Assembly: GCF_006345805.1 (NCBI RefSeq)
Contig: NC_043022.1
Coordinates: forward strand, 7,564,001-7,628,000
Length of the DNA stretch: 64,000 nucleotides
Direction of reading: 5' to 3'
From: Octopus sinensis
Taxonomy: Eukaryota
Both the position numbers and the translations under genes were made by a program. Shown here in pieces: positions 28,087-41,242 of this stretch. The number at the start of each line of letters is the position of its first letter. The stretch's first letter is position 1. The notes beneath the pieces were generated by a model. The model saw only the letters and a program-made list of their open reading frames with translations, ran no database searches and was not told the origin of the DNA.

Positions 28087-28222
28087 CGTGATCCATATAT
28101 TTGACTCGTTAAATGCTTAGAGTCGCGCCGATTTGTAAATGCCTTGTTATATTCTGTTAAATAATTAATTAATTAATTAACAACACCAAATAATATATTT
28201 ACTACATTGACACACACACACA

Positions 28223-28262
<40 letters not shown>

Positions 28263-28264
<2 letters not shown>

Positions 28265-28653
28265 GTGGTTTTGTCTCTAATTTAATATATAATATAATAT
28301 TTTACTAAAAATTGGATTCAATCCTAAATCTGATTTTTCCCTGTAAGTTTGGATTTATTCCCTAATATTATATATAATAAAATATTAGGGAATAAATCCA
28401 AACTTACAGGGAAAAATCAGATTTAGGATTGAATCCAATTTTATAGTAAAATATTATATTATATTAAATTAGAGACAAAACCACTATTAGGCAAATCAAA
28501 CAATGAAAGACTTAAGCCAATACATATGATATTAATTATATTTTTTTAATAATTTTGTTATATATTTAAATAGTATAAATTAATCATATGTATTGGCTTA
28601 AGTCTTTCATTGTTTGATTTGCCTAATAGTGGTTTTGTCTCTAATTTAATATA

Positions 28654-28657
<4 letters not shown>
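28263..28657. repeat. Compound (double) palindrome
   Basis: Centres ~28373 and ~28558; TAGTGGTTTTGTCTCTAATTTAATATA occurs in +, -, + orientation. Confidence 0.9.
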
Positions 28658-28716
<59 letters not shown>

Positions 28717-28743
28717 GTGTCAGTTAACATATATATGACAGTT

Positions 28744-28796
28744 AACAAAACTGTCTGACGAACGGGAACGTGAAACTCCGAGTAACAGGTTTTGTT
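28744..28796 (+). ncRNA. Type I hammerhead ribozyme (minimal, Penelope-type)
   Basis: Stem I AACAAAACTGT / ACAG(G)TTTTGTT; core CTGACGA; stem II ACG-GGAA-CGT; GAAA; stem III ACTC-C-GAGT; GUA site, cut predicted after 28784. Confidence 0.75.
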
Positions 28797-29346
28797 GAAT
28801 TTCTGCTGCTTTTAAATAAAGTATATATATATATGAAAATGTAAGGATTTTCTGTCGAGAACTGGCGAGGTAGGAATGTGTCCTCGTCTTTTGCGTGTTT
28901 TTTCCCTGTGTTCCGTGTGTTCCTTTGTCGTCTTTTTACTATGTGTGTGTGTGTGTGTGGTGTGTGTGTGTGTGTGTGGTGTGTATGGTATGTGTGGTGT
29001 GTGTGTTTGTGTTTTAAATTTCACATCTTCATTACTCGGCTTTCCCGCTGGCTTGGTTTCCCACGGCTTACATGAAACTCGAGGAATGAAGATGTCTAAT
29101 TTTTAATCTGCCTTTAACTGGCGTGCGTGCGGTGTGTTGTATGTGTGTGTATGTGTGTGTGTGTGTTGTGTGTGTGTGTGTGTGTGTGTGTGGATATATA
29201 AACATATGCCTGTTTGTCTCTCGCAACGTCCAAATTTCAATGAGGGAACTTTTTTTTAATTACACAGCGGTTAAATCTTTTCGGGAAGTATTCCACTAAA
29301 AAACATGTGTGTGTGTGTGTATACATACATACACACATACATACAT

Positions 29347-29377
<31 letters not shown>

Positions 29378-29397
29378 TACATACATACATACATACA

Positions 29398-29429
<32 letters not shown>

Positions 29430-30319
29430 ATACATACATATAATACATACATACGTAAGTATGTATTTCTCAGCCCTTCTCTCTATTTCTCGCTGAGAAT
29501 CAATTAATTCGCGTCTAGTTACTGACAAACAGATGATAATATCAGCCGATCCCTAACCCGCAACTTTCATCATCCTGAGTCGGAATCGCCGCCGATGGGG
29601 TTTAGAATACCCTTGATCATAGCTCTACTGAATCAAATTTGCTGTACAGAGGTGAGGTTAAGGCCCTCCTGCGCTGCTCAGCACATTGGGCGGCAAGTTT
29701 CCTCTGCCGGTTCAGTTGGCTGCTTGTCATGCACATCCCTTCCACGTAATTACGACTTTCTTTAGGACGTCTGCAAAATGACTGCCGTCAAGTGATGACT
29801 TCATTGCTTTCAGGCTTACCTTAAGGTATTTTCGCGCCCGACATCACAAAATGCGAGTGAATCAACATTGCCGGACAGCAAATAGAGACTTGAACATTGC
29901 TTAGGAAATAATTTTCGTTTTTAACCTCGTATATAATACTAGGGATTTTGACCTTTAAATTTTGGGGGGAAAATGCGGATTATACTCGAGGATTTATGGT
30001 ACATATGGATAATGAATATGTTCTTCAAATTCAGACAGTAAATAGAAAAGCTAGTAAGTCATTAGCCATTCGGCAGTAATTAAACTTAAGTATTCAATAA
30101 ATTTATATTAAGGAGTGGAACGTGCAATTTCCTGTAAGTGAGACCGCTTCAGAGTCCCAAGCAGACAAAATGGAAAAGGTGTTGCCCCGGGGGATGGTGA
30201 GAGAGACACAAGGGGCTTACACATGTGAACAGCCATCTCCGGCCCGATAGCGGTGAACAGGGATATGGTCCTGGATCCGAGAACACCAGAGGTTACCACT
30301 GCCACTGGCTTGGCCATGA

Positions 30320-30736
30320 ATCGACTTCGTCCCGGAGCTAAACACTACTACTGCTGCTGTTGCTGTTGAGCGAACTGTCTTCGTCCCAGAGCTCGCAAGA
30401 TGGGAGAAGTCCGAAACGTGGTCCTTTGCTATTCGTAAGACCCGCAGAAGAGAAAGCAGGTCAACCCCCGACACCGAGAGCATCGACGGATGGATGAATG
30501 CGCATGCAGGCTCAGCGGTTGCGTAGGAAGTCGGGGACAAGAAATAGGAAGAAAAGAGTGAGGAAGAAAGTTGGAGCGAAAGAGTACAACAGGGGTCGCC
30601 ACCACCCCCTGTCGGAGCCTCGTGGAACTTTCAGGTGTTTTCGCTCAATAAACACACACAACGCCCGGTCTGGGAATCGAAACCGCGATCCTCCGACCGC
30701 GAGTCCGCTGCCCTAATCATTGGGCCATTGCGCCTC
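30320..30736 (-). mobile_element. SINE family C head with tail type 2
   Basis: Reverse complement of GAGGCGCAATGGCCCAATGATTAGGGCAGCGGACTCGCGG..GGTTTCGATTCCC. Confidence 0.75.
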
Positions 30737-31245
30737 AACTACTACTGCTGCTGAAGGACATTGTACTTAGGAGCTGGATAACTGGGTTTTGAGTAATACG
30801 GATTATTTCCGAGTGTACAAAAGCCCTGTGGAGAAACCCATCCATACTGGGGGAAAAATGAATGTTTTGGATTACAAATTAATTAATATCCAATTACTAT
30901 TTTTGGTAACAAGGATTAAACTATTTTGCTTTAAACCACCCCCTTTTATTTTTTTACATATAGGTTCTTAAAAACATGCTCAGTGGGGGTTCAGATCTGA
31001 GAGGGGACGAGAGCTTCCCCATCCCTGCCCCACAAATGTCACACGATCTACCCGAAAGAGCTTCTAAATCTCCGTCAGAATGCACCCTGCTGTCTTAAAA
31101 TAAACAGAAACAAATTATATATTTATCTTTTGCTTGTTTCATTCGTTGCACTGCGACCATGCTGGAGCACCGGCTTAAAGGACTTTAACCGATCAGATCG
31201 GTCCCATGTACTTAGTCCATCGACCTCTTTGGCCTAACCGCTAAT

Positions 31246-31515
31246 GAATCTTGGGGCTACTAACACCAAGATTCCGAGTTCGATTCCTGATGAAGGCTGG
31301 TATATCAGCCGAAACGTAGCTCAAAAATTGTGATTTATGGCATAAAATGTCCTACAGTTCTATATTTAAGAGATGAGGAATTATGTACGTTATTTACATT
31401 TGACGGATATTTCTCCTCATCTTGCTTGTTGTTAACACAACGTTTCGGCTTATATACCCTTCAGCCTTCATCAGGAATCGAATTCGGAATCTTGGTGTTA
31501 GTAGCCCCAAGATTC
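31246..31515. mobile_element. Inverted-repeat structure with two convergent hammerhead cores (Penelope pLTR-like)
   Basis: ~70-bp arms; plus-strand CTGATGA-AGGCTG-GTATAT-CAGCC-GAAAC-GTA (31287-31318); minus-strand CTGATGA-AGGCT..AGCC-GAAAC-GTT (31474-31439). Confidence 0.7.
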
Positions 31516-32102
31516 TCCATTAACTGAGTGGACTGGAGCAACATGGAATGAAGTGTTTTGTACAAGAACACAATGCACTGCCCAGTCCAGGAATTGAAAC
31601 CATAATCTAGAAGTCATGAGTGCAACATCCTAACCATTAGCTGAGTGTTTTGCTCAAGAACACAACGCGTCGCCCGGTCCAGGATTCGAAATCCCGATCT
31701 TGCGATCGTTAGTGCAACGTTCTAACTACTTAAGCCACGATCCCTTAGGGAGCAAATACGCTACGAGGGAAAATAAATATTTTTGTTTCAAATGTTACAT
31801 TAACAAAAGAACATTTTTTATTAAAAAGGATTTTTTTTAAACGACTGGACAAAATAAAAATAATAAATCCTAATTAAATTTGGCCCAATGAATTTACGTT
31901 GTTAATTCAATATTTTTTTCTTAATTAATTATGACTTGGCATTATAATTAAAAGCAACGGGAAGTTTCAAACTATATTAACGTATTGACGATAATAGGAT
32001 CCCGACGTCGGAGGAGAAAATATATAATACCTTTTTTTTTATATATATATTTTTGTATATAATTATTAATTTATTTCTTAATTAACGCTTTTGTGAAATG
32101 AG

Positions 32103-32666
32103 GAAAGAATGGAAATTCATACTTTTTCTTTGATATACGCTACTTCTTTTGATACCTACCTATATATAACTCGAACTCTCACAACTTACAGACACAGTCC
32201 AACTCAGTTTCCTTCAATCATTTCAAAAAAAAAAAAAAAAAAAAGGTTGAACGACCATTTTCTTACAGTCAAAGGCGGCGAGCTGGCAGAAACGTTAGCA
32301 TGCCGGGCGAAATGCATAGCCGTATTTCGTCTGCCGTTACGTTCTGGGTTCAAATTCCGCCTAGGTCGACTTTGCCTTTCATCCTTTCGGGGTCGATAAA
32401 TCAAGTACCAGTTACGCACTGGGGTCGATCTAATTGACTTAATCCGTTTGTCTGTCCTTGTTTGTCCCCTCTGTGTTTAGCCCCTTGTGGGTAATAAAGA
32501 AATAGAAATAGGTATTTCGTCTGTCTTTACGTTCTGAGTTCAAATTCCGCCGAGGACAACTTTGCCTTTCATCCTTTCGGGTTCGATAAATTAAGTACCA
32601 GTTACGCACTGGGGTCGATGTAATCGACTTAATCCGTTTGTCTGTCCTTGTTTGTCCCCTCTGTGT
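32103..32666 (+). repeat. Inverted duplicate of 44660-45606 (unique 170-bp flank plus SINE B head and 2 bodies)
   Basis: 32103-32271 is the reverse complement of 45442-45606; shared private SINE variants. Confidence 0.9.
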
Positions 32667-32904
32667 TGAGGAATGGCTTTCTTCGTAACCTTTTGTTCTG
32701 TCTTTGACTCGTTTCAGTCACTGGAATGCGCCCATGCTGGAACATTGTCGAATAAATCCCCCCCCCCCGCTGGCTAGTTTTTTGAAGCTGGATACTTATT
32801 CTGTCGGATCCCTTTTGCCGAACCGCTTTGTTACGCGCACGCAAACAAACCAGCATGGTTGCGAAACGGTAGTGGACACACACACACGCGCGTGTGTGTG
32901 TGTA

Positions 32905-33300
32905 CGCAGGCGTGGCTGTGTGGTAAGAAGCTTGCTTCCCAACCACATAGTTCCAGGTTCAATCCCACGGCGTGGCACCTCGAGCAAGTGCCTTCTACTT
33001 AGCCTCGGGCCGACTAAAGTCTTGAGAGTGTATTTGGTAGACGGAAACTGAAAGAAGCCCGTCATGTGTGAGTGTGTGTCTGTATTTGTCCCCCGCCCCG
33101 CCATCGCTTGACAACCGATGCTGGTGTGTTTATGTCCTCGTAACTTAGCGGTCCTGCAAAAAAATAAAAACGACAGAATAAGTACTAGGCTTACAAAGAA
33201 TAAGTCCTGGGGTCGATTTCTTCGATTAAAAAACCCTTCAAGGCGGTGCTCCAGCATGGCCGCAGTCAAATGACTGAAACAAGCAAAAGAATAAAAGAAT
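32905..33300 (+). mobile_element. SINE family A
   Basis: Full head and tail. Confidence 0.85.
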
Positions 33301-33309
33301 ATATATGTA

Positions 33310-33694
33310 CTAGCAGTATCGCCCGGCGTTGCTCAGGTTTGTAAGGGAAATAACTATAAAGCATTTTTAGAGAGTTATAGCCAAAAAATAGCAAAAAAAT
33401 GGAAAAAAATTATGGTAAATTTTTTTTTGAGATTTAAAAAAGGTGGAGTTGCGTCCCCTAGACAGTCTGTGGTTCGTGTTTCTGATTCTCGACCCCATGT
33501 CGAATTTATCGATTTTTTTCAGAAGTGGGGGAACTTTTCAAAATTTTCGCTGCGTTAGTTTTGAATTATGACATTGGGCTATGTGTGTGTCAAGTTTCAT
33601 CAGAATCGGTTGAAAGCCGTGGTCAGGGTGAGGGTACAACCTGACAGACACACAGACACGCACACAGACAAACTGCCGTTTATATAGAGAGAGA
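33310..33694 (-). mobile_element. Non-autonomous Helitron (chimeric)
   Basis: 5' half matches 15362-15560; 3' half matches the tail of 50991-51281; hairpin plus CTAG end. Confidence 0.85.
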
Positions 33695-33759
33695 TATACT
33701 CTGTACTTTTGTACACACACACACACACACACACACTCACACACATATATATATATATA

Positions 33760-34148
33760 TCGTGGCACTCCGTCGGTTGCGACGACGAGGGTTCCAGTTG
33801 ATCCGATCAAGGGAACAGCCTGCTCGGGAAATTAACGTGTAAGTGGCTGAGCACCCCACAGACACGTGTACCCTTAACGTAGTTCTTGGGGGAGATTCAG
33901 CGTGACACAGGGTGCGACTAGGCTGGCCCTTTTGAAATACAGGTACAACAGAAACAGGAAGAAAGAGTGAGAGGAAGTTGTGGTGACAGAGTAGAGCGGG
34001 GTTCTTCACCACCAACCCTTGCCGGAGCCACGTGGAGCTTTAGGTGTTTTCGCTCAATAAACACTCAGAATGCCCAGGTCTGGGAACCGCAACCGCGATC
34101 CTACGCCCACGAGTGCGCTGCCCTAACCACTGGGCCATTGCGCCTCCA
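33760..34148 (-). mobile_element. SINE family C head with tail type 3 (tail fragment also at 36670-36775)
   Basis: Same tRNA-like head; tail ends ...CAACCGACGGAGTGCCACGA. Confidence 0.8.
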
Positions 34149-34203
34149 CACACACACACAAAGGTATAGAATAACCGCTCAGCTTCATGGAGAAATGTTT
34201 TTA

Positions 34204-34598
34204 TCTCTATACAAATAAAGCTGAAGTTGTCTGTGTATGGCAGGTTTGGTAGCCTTCAACTAACACTTTCTCCTCCGAGACCATGCGGCGCAAGTTGACC
34301 AAAATTGAGAGTATGATAGAAGAAGGCTTGCTCTTCCTTCCGTAGAAGAAAAAATTAAAATCGGACCATATTAAGACCAAAAATTATTTACATAAAAAAG
34401 GTGCTTTTTTTTTTGTATGAAAATCCCTATTTTTTACGATTTTTTGACTGCTGTGTCGCTATTTTTCGGTGTATTTCAACCAGAAAAATATTCACTTAAA
34501 GAGAATAAGAAGCTACATAATGCAAAACTTTTACTTTTCAAAAATTCCAATTCTAAAGGGTCGAAACAAACCCGAGCAACGCCGGGTGATACTGCTAG
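34204..34598 (+). mobile_element. Non-autonomous Helitron
   Basis: A|TC start, hairpin, CTAG|T end. Confidence 0.85.
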
Positions 34599-35381
34599 TT
34601 ATAACTAAACATAACTATATTTATTCATGCAATATGCTTATATATGTATTATAGTTTATTAGTGTGGGTGTACCAGCAATTACTGTAATTTGATATTACT
34701 TTCTTACTACTTCTGACATTTTGTTAATCAGTATTTTAATTAGTAATACACGCATTAATTATGTAAATATACATATGGTTGTATGTATGTGTGTGTATGT
34801 GTTAAATAGCTGGATTATCCTTTATTTAAACTACATCACTTAACGTTTCTATAGTGGATTAAATTCAAGAGTTGCTTTTGTTTCTTTTGACTGAGTTTAC
34901 AAGTGTTTGAGAGAGCAATATAATACTAAGCATTCTTATAAGTTCTTTGCCCCCTCTTTCCTGTGTATAAACTGTACCCCAGATTTTTCAGTTAAAATCA
35001 GTCACACACACACACATATGCATATATAATTGCTGTATCGCGAAGACTACCGGATGTCGTTACAATGCGTTTCCGAACGATTTCGTCCCACACTGGTGGG
35101 TTAAGTTTAAATTACCCCCTTAAACGAAACCTCGCCAGTCCGTCGCGGGTTTACCTCATTTCGATTGGGGCCGACGTGAAATGAAGTGTTTTGCTAAAGG
35201 GCGCAATGCACCACTGATCTGGGGACTGAAACCACGATGTTCAGATATTGGCATATTCCTCTCCACCCAATCACGGTCTAAAGTGGAAGCCATGAATTTG
35301 AGCCCGAGATCTTAATGGTTTGATGAACCCACTCTGCCACATTGGCTCGACGTGACATGGCAGGGGGGGCTGTTTATAATA

Positions 35382-35613
35382 TCTCTCTATATATAAACGG
35401 CAGTTTGTCTGTCTGTGTGTCTGTTAGGTTGTACCCTCACCCTGACCACGGCTTTCAACCGATTCTGATGAAACTTGACACACACATAGCCCAATGTCAT
35501 AATTTAAAACTAACGCAGCGAAAATTTTGAAAAGTTCCCCAGTTCTGAAAAAAATCGATAAATTCGACATGGGGTCGAGAATCAGAAACACAAACCACAG
35601 ACTGTCTAGGGGA
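35382..35613 (+). mobile_element. Helitron 5' half, 3'-truncated and fused to a SINE C tail end
   Basis: Matches the 5' half of 33310-33694, then CATCTGATGGTCTGGTCGGTCACGTGATCACGTGA. Confidence 0.75.
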
Positions 35614-35647
35614 CATCTGATGGTCTGGTCGGTCACGTGATCACGTG

Positions 35648-35773
35648 ATATATATATATATATATGTATAGTATAATATATATATGTATATATATAGTAT
35701 AGATATATTATATATATTATAGATATATATATTATATATATAGATATATATTATATATATTATATATAGTATG

Positions 35774-35808
<35 letters not shown>

Positions 35809-35857
35809 TATAGTATATATTATATATATATACTATGTAATATATATATATATAATG

Positions 35858-35890
<33 letters not shown>

Positions 35891-36103
35891 TATTATATTT
35901 ATATATATATATATATAGTATATATATATATTTATATCTATATATTAATATATATATATATGTATAATATATATATATATCTATATATATATGTATATAT
36001 ATATTATATAGATATATTATAGATATATATATATATATATATTAGTATATATATTATATAATAATATATATATATATATATATATATAATATGTATATAT
36101 AAT

Positions 36104-36149
<46 letters not shown>

Positions 36150-36265
36150 GAATATATATATATAATGTAAATATGTATATATATTGTTATATATATTATG
36201 TATATATATATGTTATATATATATATCTATATATATAATATATATATATATATAGTATATATAGA

Positions 36266-36298
<33 letters not shown>

Positions 36299-36530
36299 GT
36301 TATATATATATATATATTATATATGTATATAGTATGTTTATAATATATGTATATATATATATATATTAATTATATATTATATATAATATATATATATGTA
36401 TATGATATATATATATATATATATATGTATGTAGTATATATATGTATATATATATATATATGTTATATATATATATTATATATATATATATATGTATATA
36501 TATAATATATATTCATATATATGATATATG

Positions 36531-36561
<31 letters not shown>

Positions 36562-36569
36562 ATATATTG

Positions 36570-36665
<96 letters not shown>

Positions 36666-36670
36666 TATAT
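35648..36670. repeat. ~1-kb degenerate (TA)n tract
   Basis: Direct reading; similar TA/TG tracts at 13400-13935, 42960-43420, 58430-58870 and 62970-63318. Confidence 0.95.
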
Positions 36671-37441
36671 CGTGGTACTCCATCGGTTGCGACGACGAGG
36701 GTTGATCCGATCAACGGAAAAGCCTGATCGGGAAATTAACGTGCAAGTGGCTGAGCACTCCACAGACACGGGTACTTTTAATATAGACTGATAGACGTAT
36801 TATAAATTCACAGAAAGAAACACTCTCCGTGTCACTCCTCTCTCTCTCTCTCTCTCTCCGTCTCACCTACACACTGCTTTTTAATACACATACTTTCTGC
36901 ATTCATACATACATACACATTTTCCTGCTTTTTAAATTTTGTTCTCACAGTTGGCAGCGAAAGAGCCTTTGTGAAAATTTCCACATCCAAGACAAACAGG
37001 GAGTAACCGAGAAAAAGGGAGAGAAACAGAGAATTTGAGAGAGAGGGAGAGAAAGAAAGAGAAAATGAAAGAGAGACTGTGTAAGAGAGAGGCAATGTGT
37101 GGATGGGAGGGAAAATAGAGAGGCAGATAGAAGATCGATCAGTCGATGGTGAGGCGGCGATTCCGTGTTTTTTAGCCGCGGGTTATATTAATTATCAACT
37201 GCAGAAAATATCTACCCCCACCCCACCCCATTTACCCCTCACTTACGGGACCGATGGTGGTGGAGATGATGGTGGCGGTGGTGGTAGTGGTGGTGGTGGT
37301 GGTGGTGGTTAGATGATGTAGACGTGGGAGTTGGTGTAGAAAAAAAAGGGGGGGTACTGCAGTCTTCCCCCCCACTCCTCTATTACATACAATAACGTAT
37401 ATATACTATATACACACACACTCTTGTCCATAAGCAGCTAC

Positions 37442-37485
<44 letters not shown>

Positions 37486-37541
37486 AAGTTATATCGATAT
37501 AACAATTTATCTGTGTATACATATATATGTGTATGTGTGTG

Positions 37542-37610
<69 letters not shown>

Positions 37611-37819
37611 GGTGTGGTATCTGATGTGTGTGTATGTGAATGTCTATATCAATGTGCGTGTGTATAGAGCTAGTTATAATGTGTGTATGTATGTATGTAC
37701 AACGAATTCCTTTTTTCTTTGCTTTTTTTTAGTTATTTTAGTTTGTTTTTTTTTTATTTACTTCGATTACTTTGCAACATTCAAGGACGTGAAGAAACAC
37801 GCATACACGTGTGGATCTA

Positions 37820-37961
<142 letters not shown>

Positions 37962-38026
37962 GTCTGTCTGTCTGTCTGTCTGTCTATCTGTCTGTCTGTC
38001 TATCTATCTGTCTGTCTGTCTATCTA

Positions 38027-38057
<31 letters not shown>

Positions 38058-38060
38058 GTA

Positions 38061-38097
<37 letters not shown>

Positions 38098-38122
38098 GTA
38101 TGTCTGTCTATCTGTCTGTCTA

Positions 38123-38172
<50 letters not shown>

Positions 38173-38465
38173 GCTCTCACTCACACACGCTCAGTCACTC
38201 TGACACTTTTCTCTCTCAGCATGTGTGTGTGCGCGCGTGTTTTCACACACACACACATATATATATATAGGTGTGTGTGTATATGTATAATATATATAGG
38301 TGTGTGTGTACATATATGTGTATATATATAGGTGTGTGTGTATATATATATATATATATGTGTGTGTATATATAGGTGTGTGTGTGTATATATATATATG
38401 TGTGTGTATATATATATAGGTGTGTGTTTATATATATATAGGTGCGTGTGTGTATATATATATAG

Positions 38466-38496
<31 letters not shown>

Positions 38497-38840
38497 GGTA
38501 TATATATGTATATGTGTGTGTATACATGTGTGCGTGTATATGTGTGTGTGCATACACATTACACACGTATATATATTACATACACGCACATACAGCTTTG
38601 TATACATACGTGCATACTTACGTACACACCTACACACACACACACACACAATTTCCTTGTAATATTTACGTGCGCGTGAAGTGTGTGTGTTGTGCGAGTG
38701 ACACAATCGTAAGAACTCAGTGAAAGTTCTATCAGAGAATCCGAGGCCTGCGTATATATGTATGTATGTATATTTATACATACACGTATACCTGTCTCTG
38801 TGTGTATTTGTGTGTGTGTATTTGTGTGTGTGTGTGTGTG

Positions 38841-38954
38841 TCAGTGAGAAGGGGGAGGAGGGGGAAATCGCTGTTCAACGACTGTCAGCTGGTGAATTCT
38901 CCCAATATCTCTATATCACCGGTGATCCCTTTTTCTGCCGGAGGCATGTGCGCC
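38841..38954. other. 114-bp element, copy 1 of 2
   Basis: 107/114 identical by eye to 53083-53196. Confidence 0.9.
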
Positions 38955-39065
38955 GGTCCTCAAATTGCTTCCTTGCTCTCCCATTTTAACGCCTCCTACG
39001 CTTGTGCGTGCGTGCGTGCGTGTATGTGTGTGCATGTGTCTGTCAGTGATTGTGTGTGTGTGTGT

Positions 39066-39100
<35 letters not shown>

Positions 39101-39664
39101 TTTATATGTAGTATGCTTGTTGTGTGTATATTAATGTGTAATCTATCGGATACACATCAACGTTAAACACACTCATACGCACGAATGTACACACATCATT
39201 AATGATATATATGTATGCGTACATAACTGCGTGTATATGTCTTTGTCTCTCTTTATATATTTATATAATATATATATACATTATACACATATATATATAT
39301 ATACATTATACACATATATATATATACATTATACATATATATACATATATATATACATTATACCTATATATATACATATAAATATATATATATACATTAT
39401 ACATATATATATACATTATACATATATATATATATATATACATTATACATATATATATATTATATAATATTATACACACACACACACTCACATATATATA
39501 TATATATATATATATAACATGTATGTATGTATAGATGCATAATGTTTCAACCATATTTTTGCATATTTATATAATATATATACATTATACACATATATAT
39601 ATATAATATATAGATATATATATATATATATATATATACATTATACATATATATATACATATAA

Positions 39665-39696
<32 letters not shown>

Positions 39697-40328
39697 CATT
39701 ATACATATATATATACATATAAATATATATATATATACATTATACATATATATATATTATAACATTATACACACACACACACACACACAACACACATATA
39801 TATATATATGTATACATGTATCAACCATATTTCTGCATATGATCTCGTTCGTGTGTGTATCTGTCTGTCTGTTTACACGAGAACATGTGTTCCCTACTCT
39901 GCTCCCATCGCCTTCCTTTCCCGCCTCCTCATCTCCCTAATTACATTTTCGTTTTACATAATTCTTCACATCTTTCTGGGAAATTTCAGAAACGCTACAA
40001 AACCTTCTCCGCGAGTTGATTCCAGTTCGGTACCACCAAACTTTGGATTCATTAGCAAACTAATTCTTTGTTCCTGTGAAAGAGACAGACAGACAGACTG
40101 ACAGATTCATGCATCATATTCTCTCTCTCCCCCTCTTTCTCCCTCTCTCTCTCTCTCTCATTCTCTCTGTATCCATCTCTACCTATCTATCTACTTGCCT
40201 GTCTGTCCGTCGTTCATTTCCATCGTGATATTCACATATATAACCAAACATATTTAGGATGTATCCTTTTTGTGATTTCTTCTCTCTTTCCTCTCTCACT
40301 CCCCCCCACACACACACACATATTATAT

Positions 40329-40365
<37 letters not shown>

Positions 40366-40438
40366 GTGATCTCTTGAGCACCACCAGCTCAAATATTTTC
40401 TCCTCTGTCTTCCCTTCTTGGGATCTTTCCTTCTCCTT

Positions 40439-40472
40439 GTTTCCGACGAAGAGCTCCGCTCGAAACGTTAAC
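40439..40472 (+). ncRNA. Variant minimal hammerhead-like motif (core CCGACGA)
   Basis: GTTT-CCGACGA-A-GAGC-TCC-GCTC-GAAAC-GTT-AAC. Confidence 0.5.
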
Positions 40473-40614
40473 CCTCCTTCCCTTCTTTCCTGAGCGTCAA
40501 ATAATACTTTTATTGTTACACGTCCTGCGTTGCTGTGTTTTTTCTCTCTTTCTTTCTGTGTTTTCTTGTTTGGATTAACTTTATTAATATATATATATAT
40601 ATAATATAATATAT

Positions 40615-40648
<34 letters not shown>

Positions 40649-41206
40649 ATATATATATATATATATACGAAAGAAGGTTTGAAGATGCAATTTAAAAGAT
40701 GTTTATTTACTTTACCGGTTTCACTCTTTGGAAAAAGATTGTCAAAAGTAAGATGTGGAAGTTTGGTTGCGTTAATTATTGGTTGTTGCAAATTGCTACA
40801 TTACATATATATATATATATACAGTCTTTGGTAGCAGGGACATGTTAAGGACATAAAAAAGTTCAACAAGTTCCTTAAAATATTATATATATATATATAT
40901 AATAATTTCTTAAATATAGCCACGAAACACGTGTCGTTATTCTACCAAATATATAAGTTTATATTATCACTTTGCAGTTTACTTAAACCTCGTTCTATTT
41001 ATGTAATTTTCTAGATGGTGTAATTTATTGTTTATTTTGAATTGATAAACGGTGTTTTTTTCTAATTTATATATATAATATCTATATTATATATATGTAT
41101 ATGTATGTATATTTAGGGAAAATTCACAAAAAAAAACAAAAGACGGAGACAGGTGGTATAGACAACAAACCGATGTATTAGTATAACACTCGGGAAGTGA
41201 AAAAGT

Positions 41207-41242
41207 CTTTAACGTTTCGAGCCTACGCTCTTCCACAGAAAG
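41207..41242 (-). ncRNA. Variant minimal hammerhead-like motif (core CTGTGGA)
   Basis: Minus strand CTTT-CTGTGGA-A-GAGC-GTAG-GCTC-GAAAC-GTT-AAAG; stem I CTTT/AAAG intact. Confidence 0.5.

Noticed and set aside
29970-30001. DNA transposon terminus (TATACTCGAGGATTTATGGTA)
   Set aside because: No partner inverted end found
30112-30148. 21-nt microexon before GTAAGT
   Set aside because: Weak acceptor and no supporting homology
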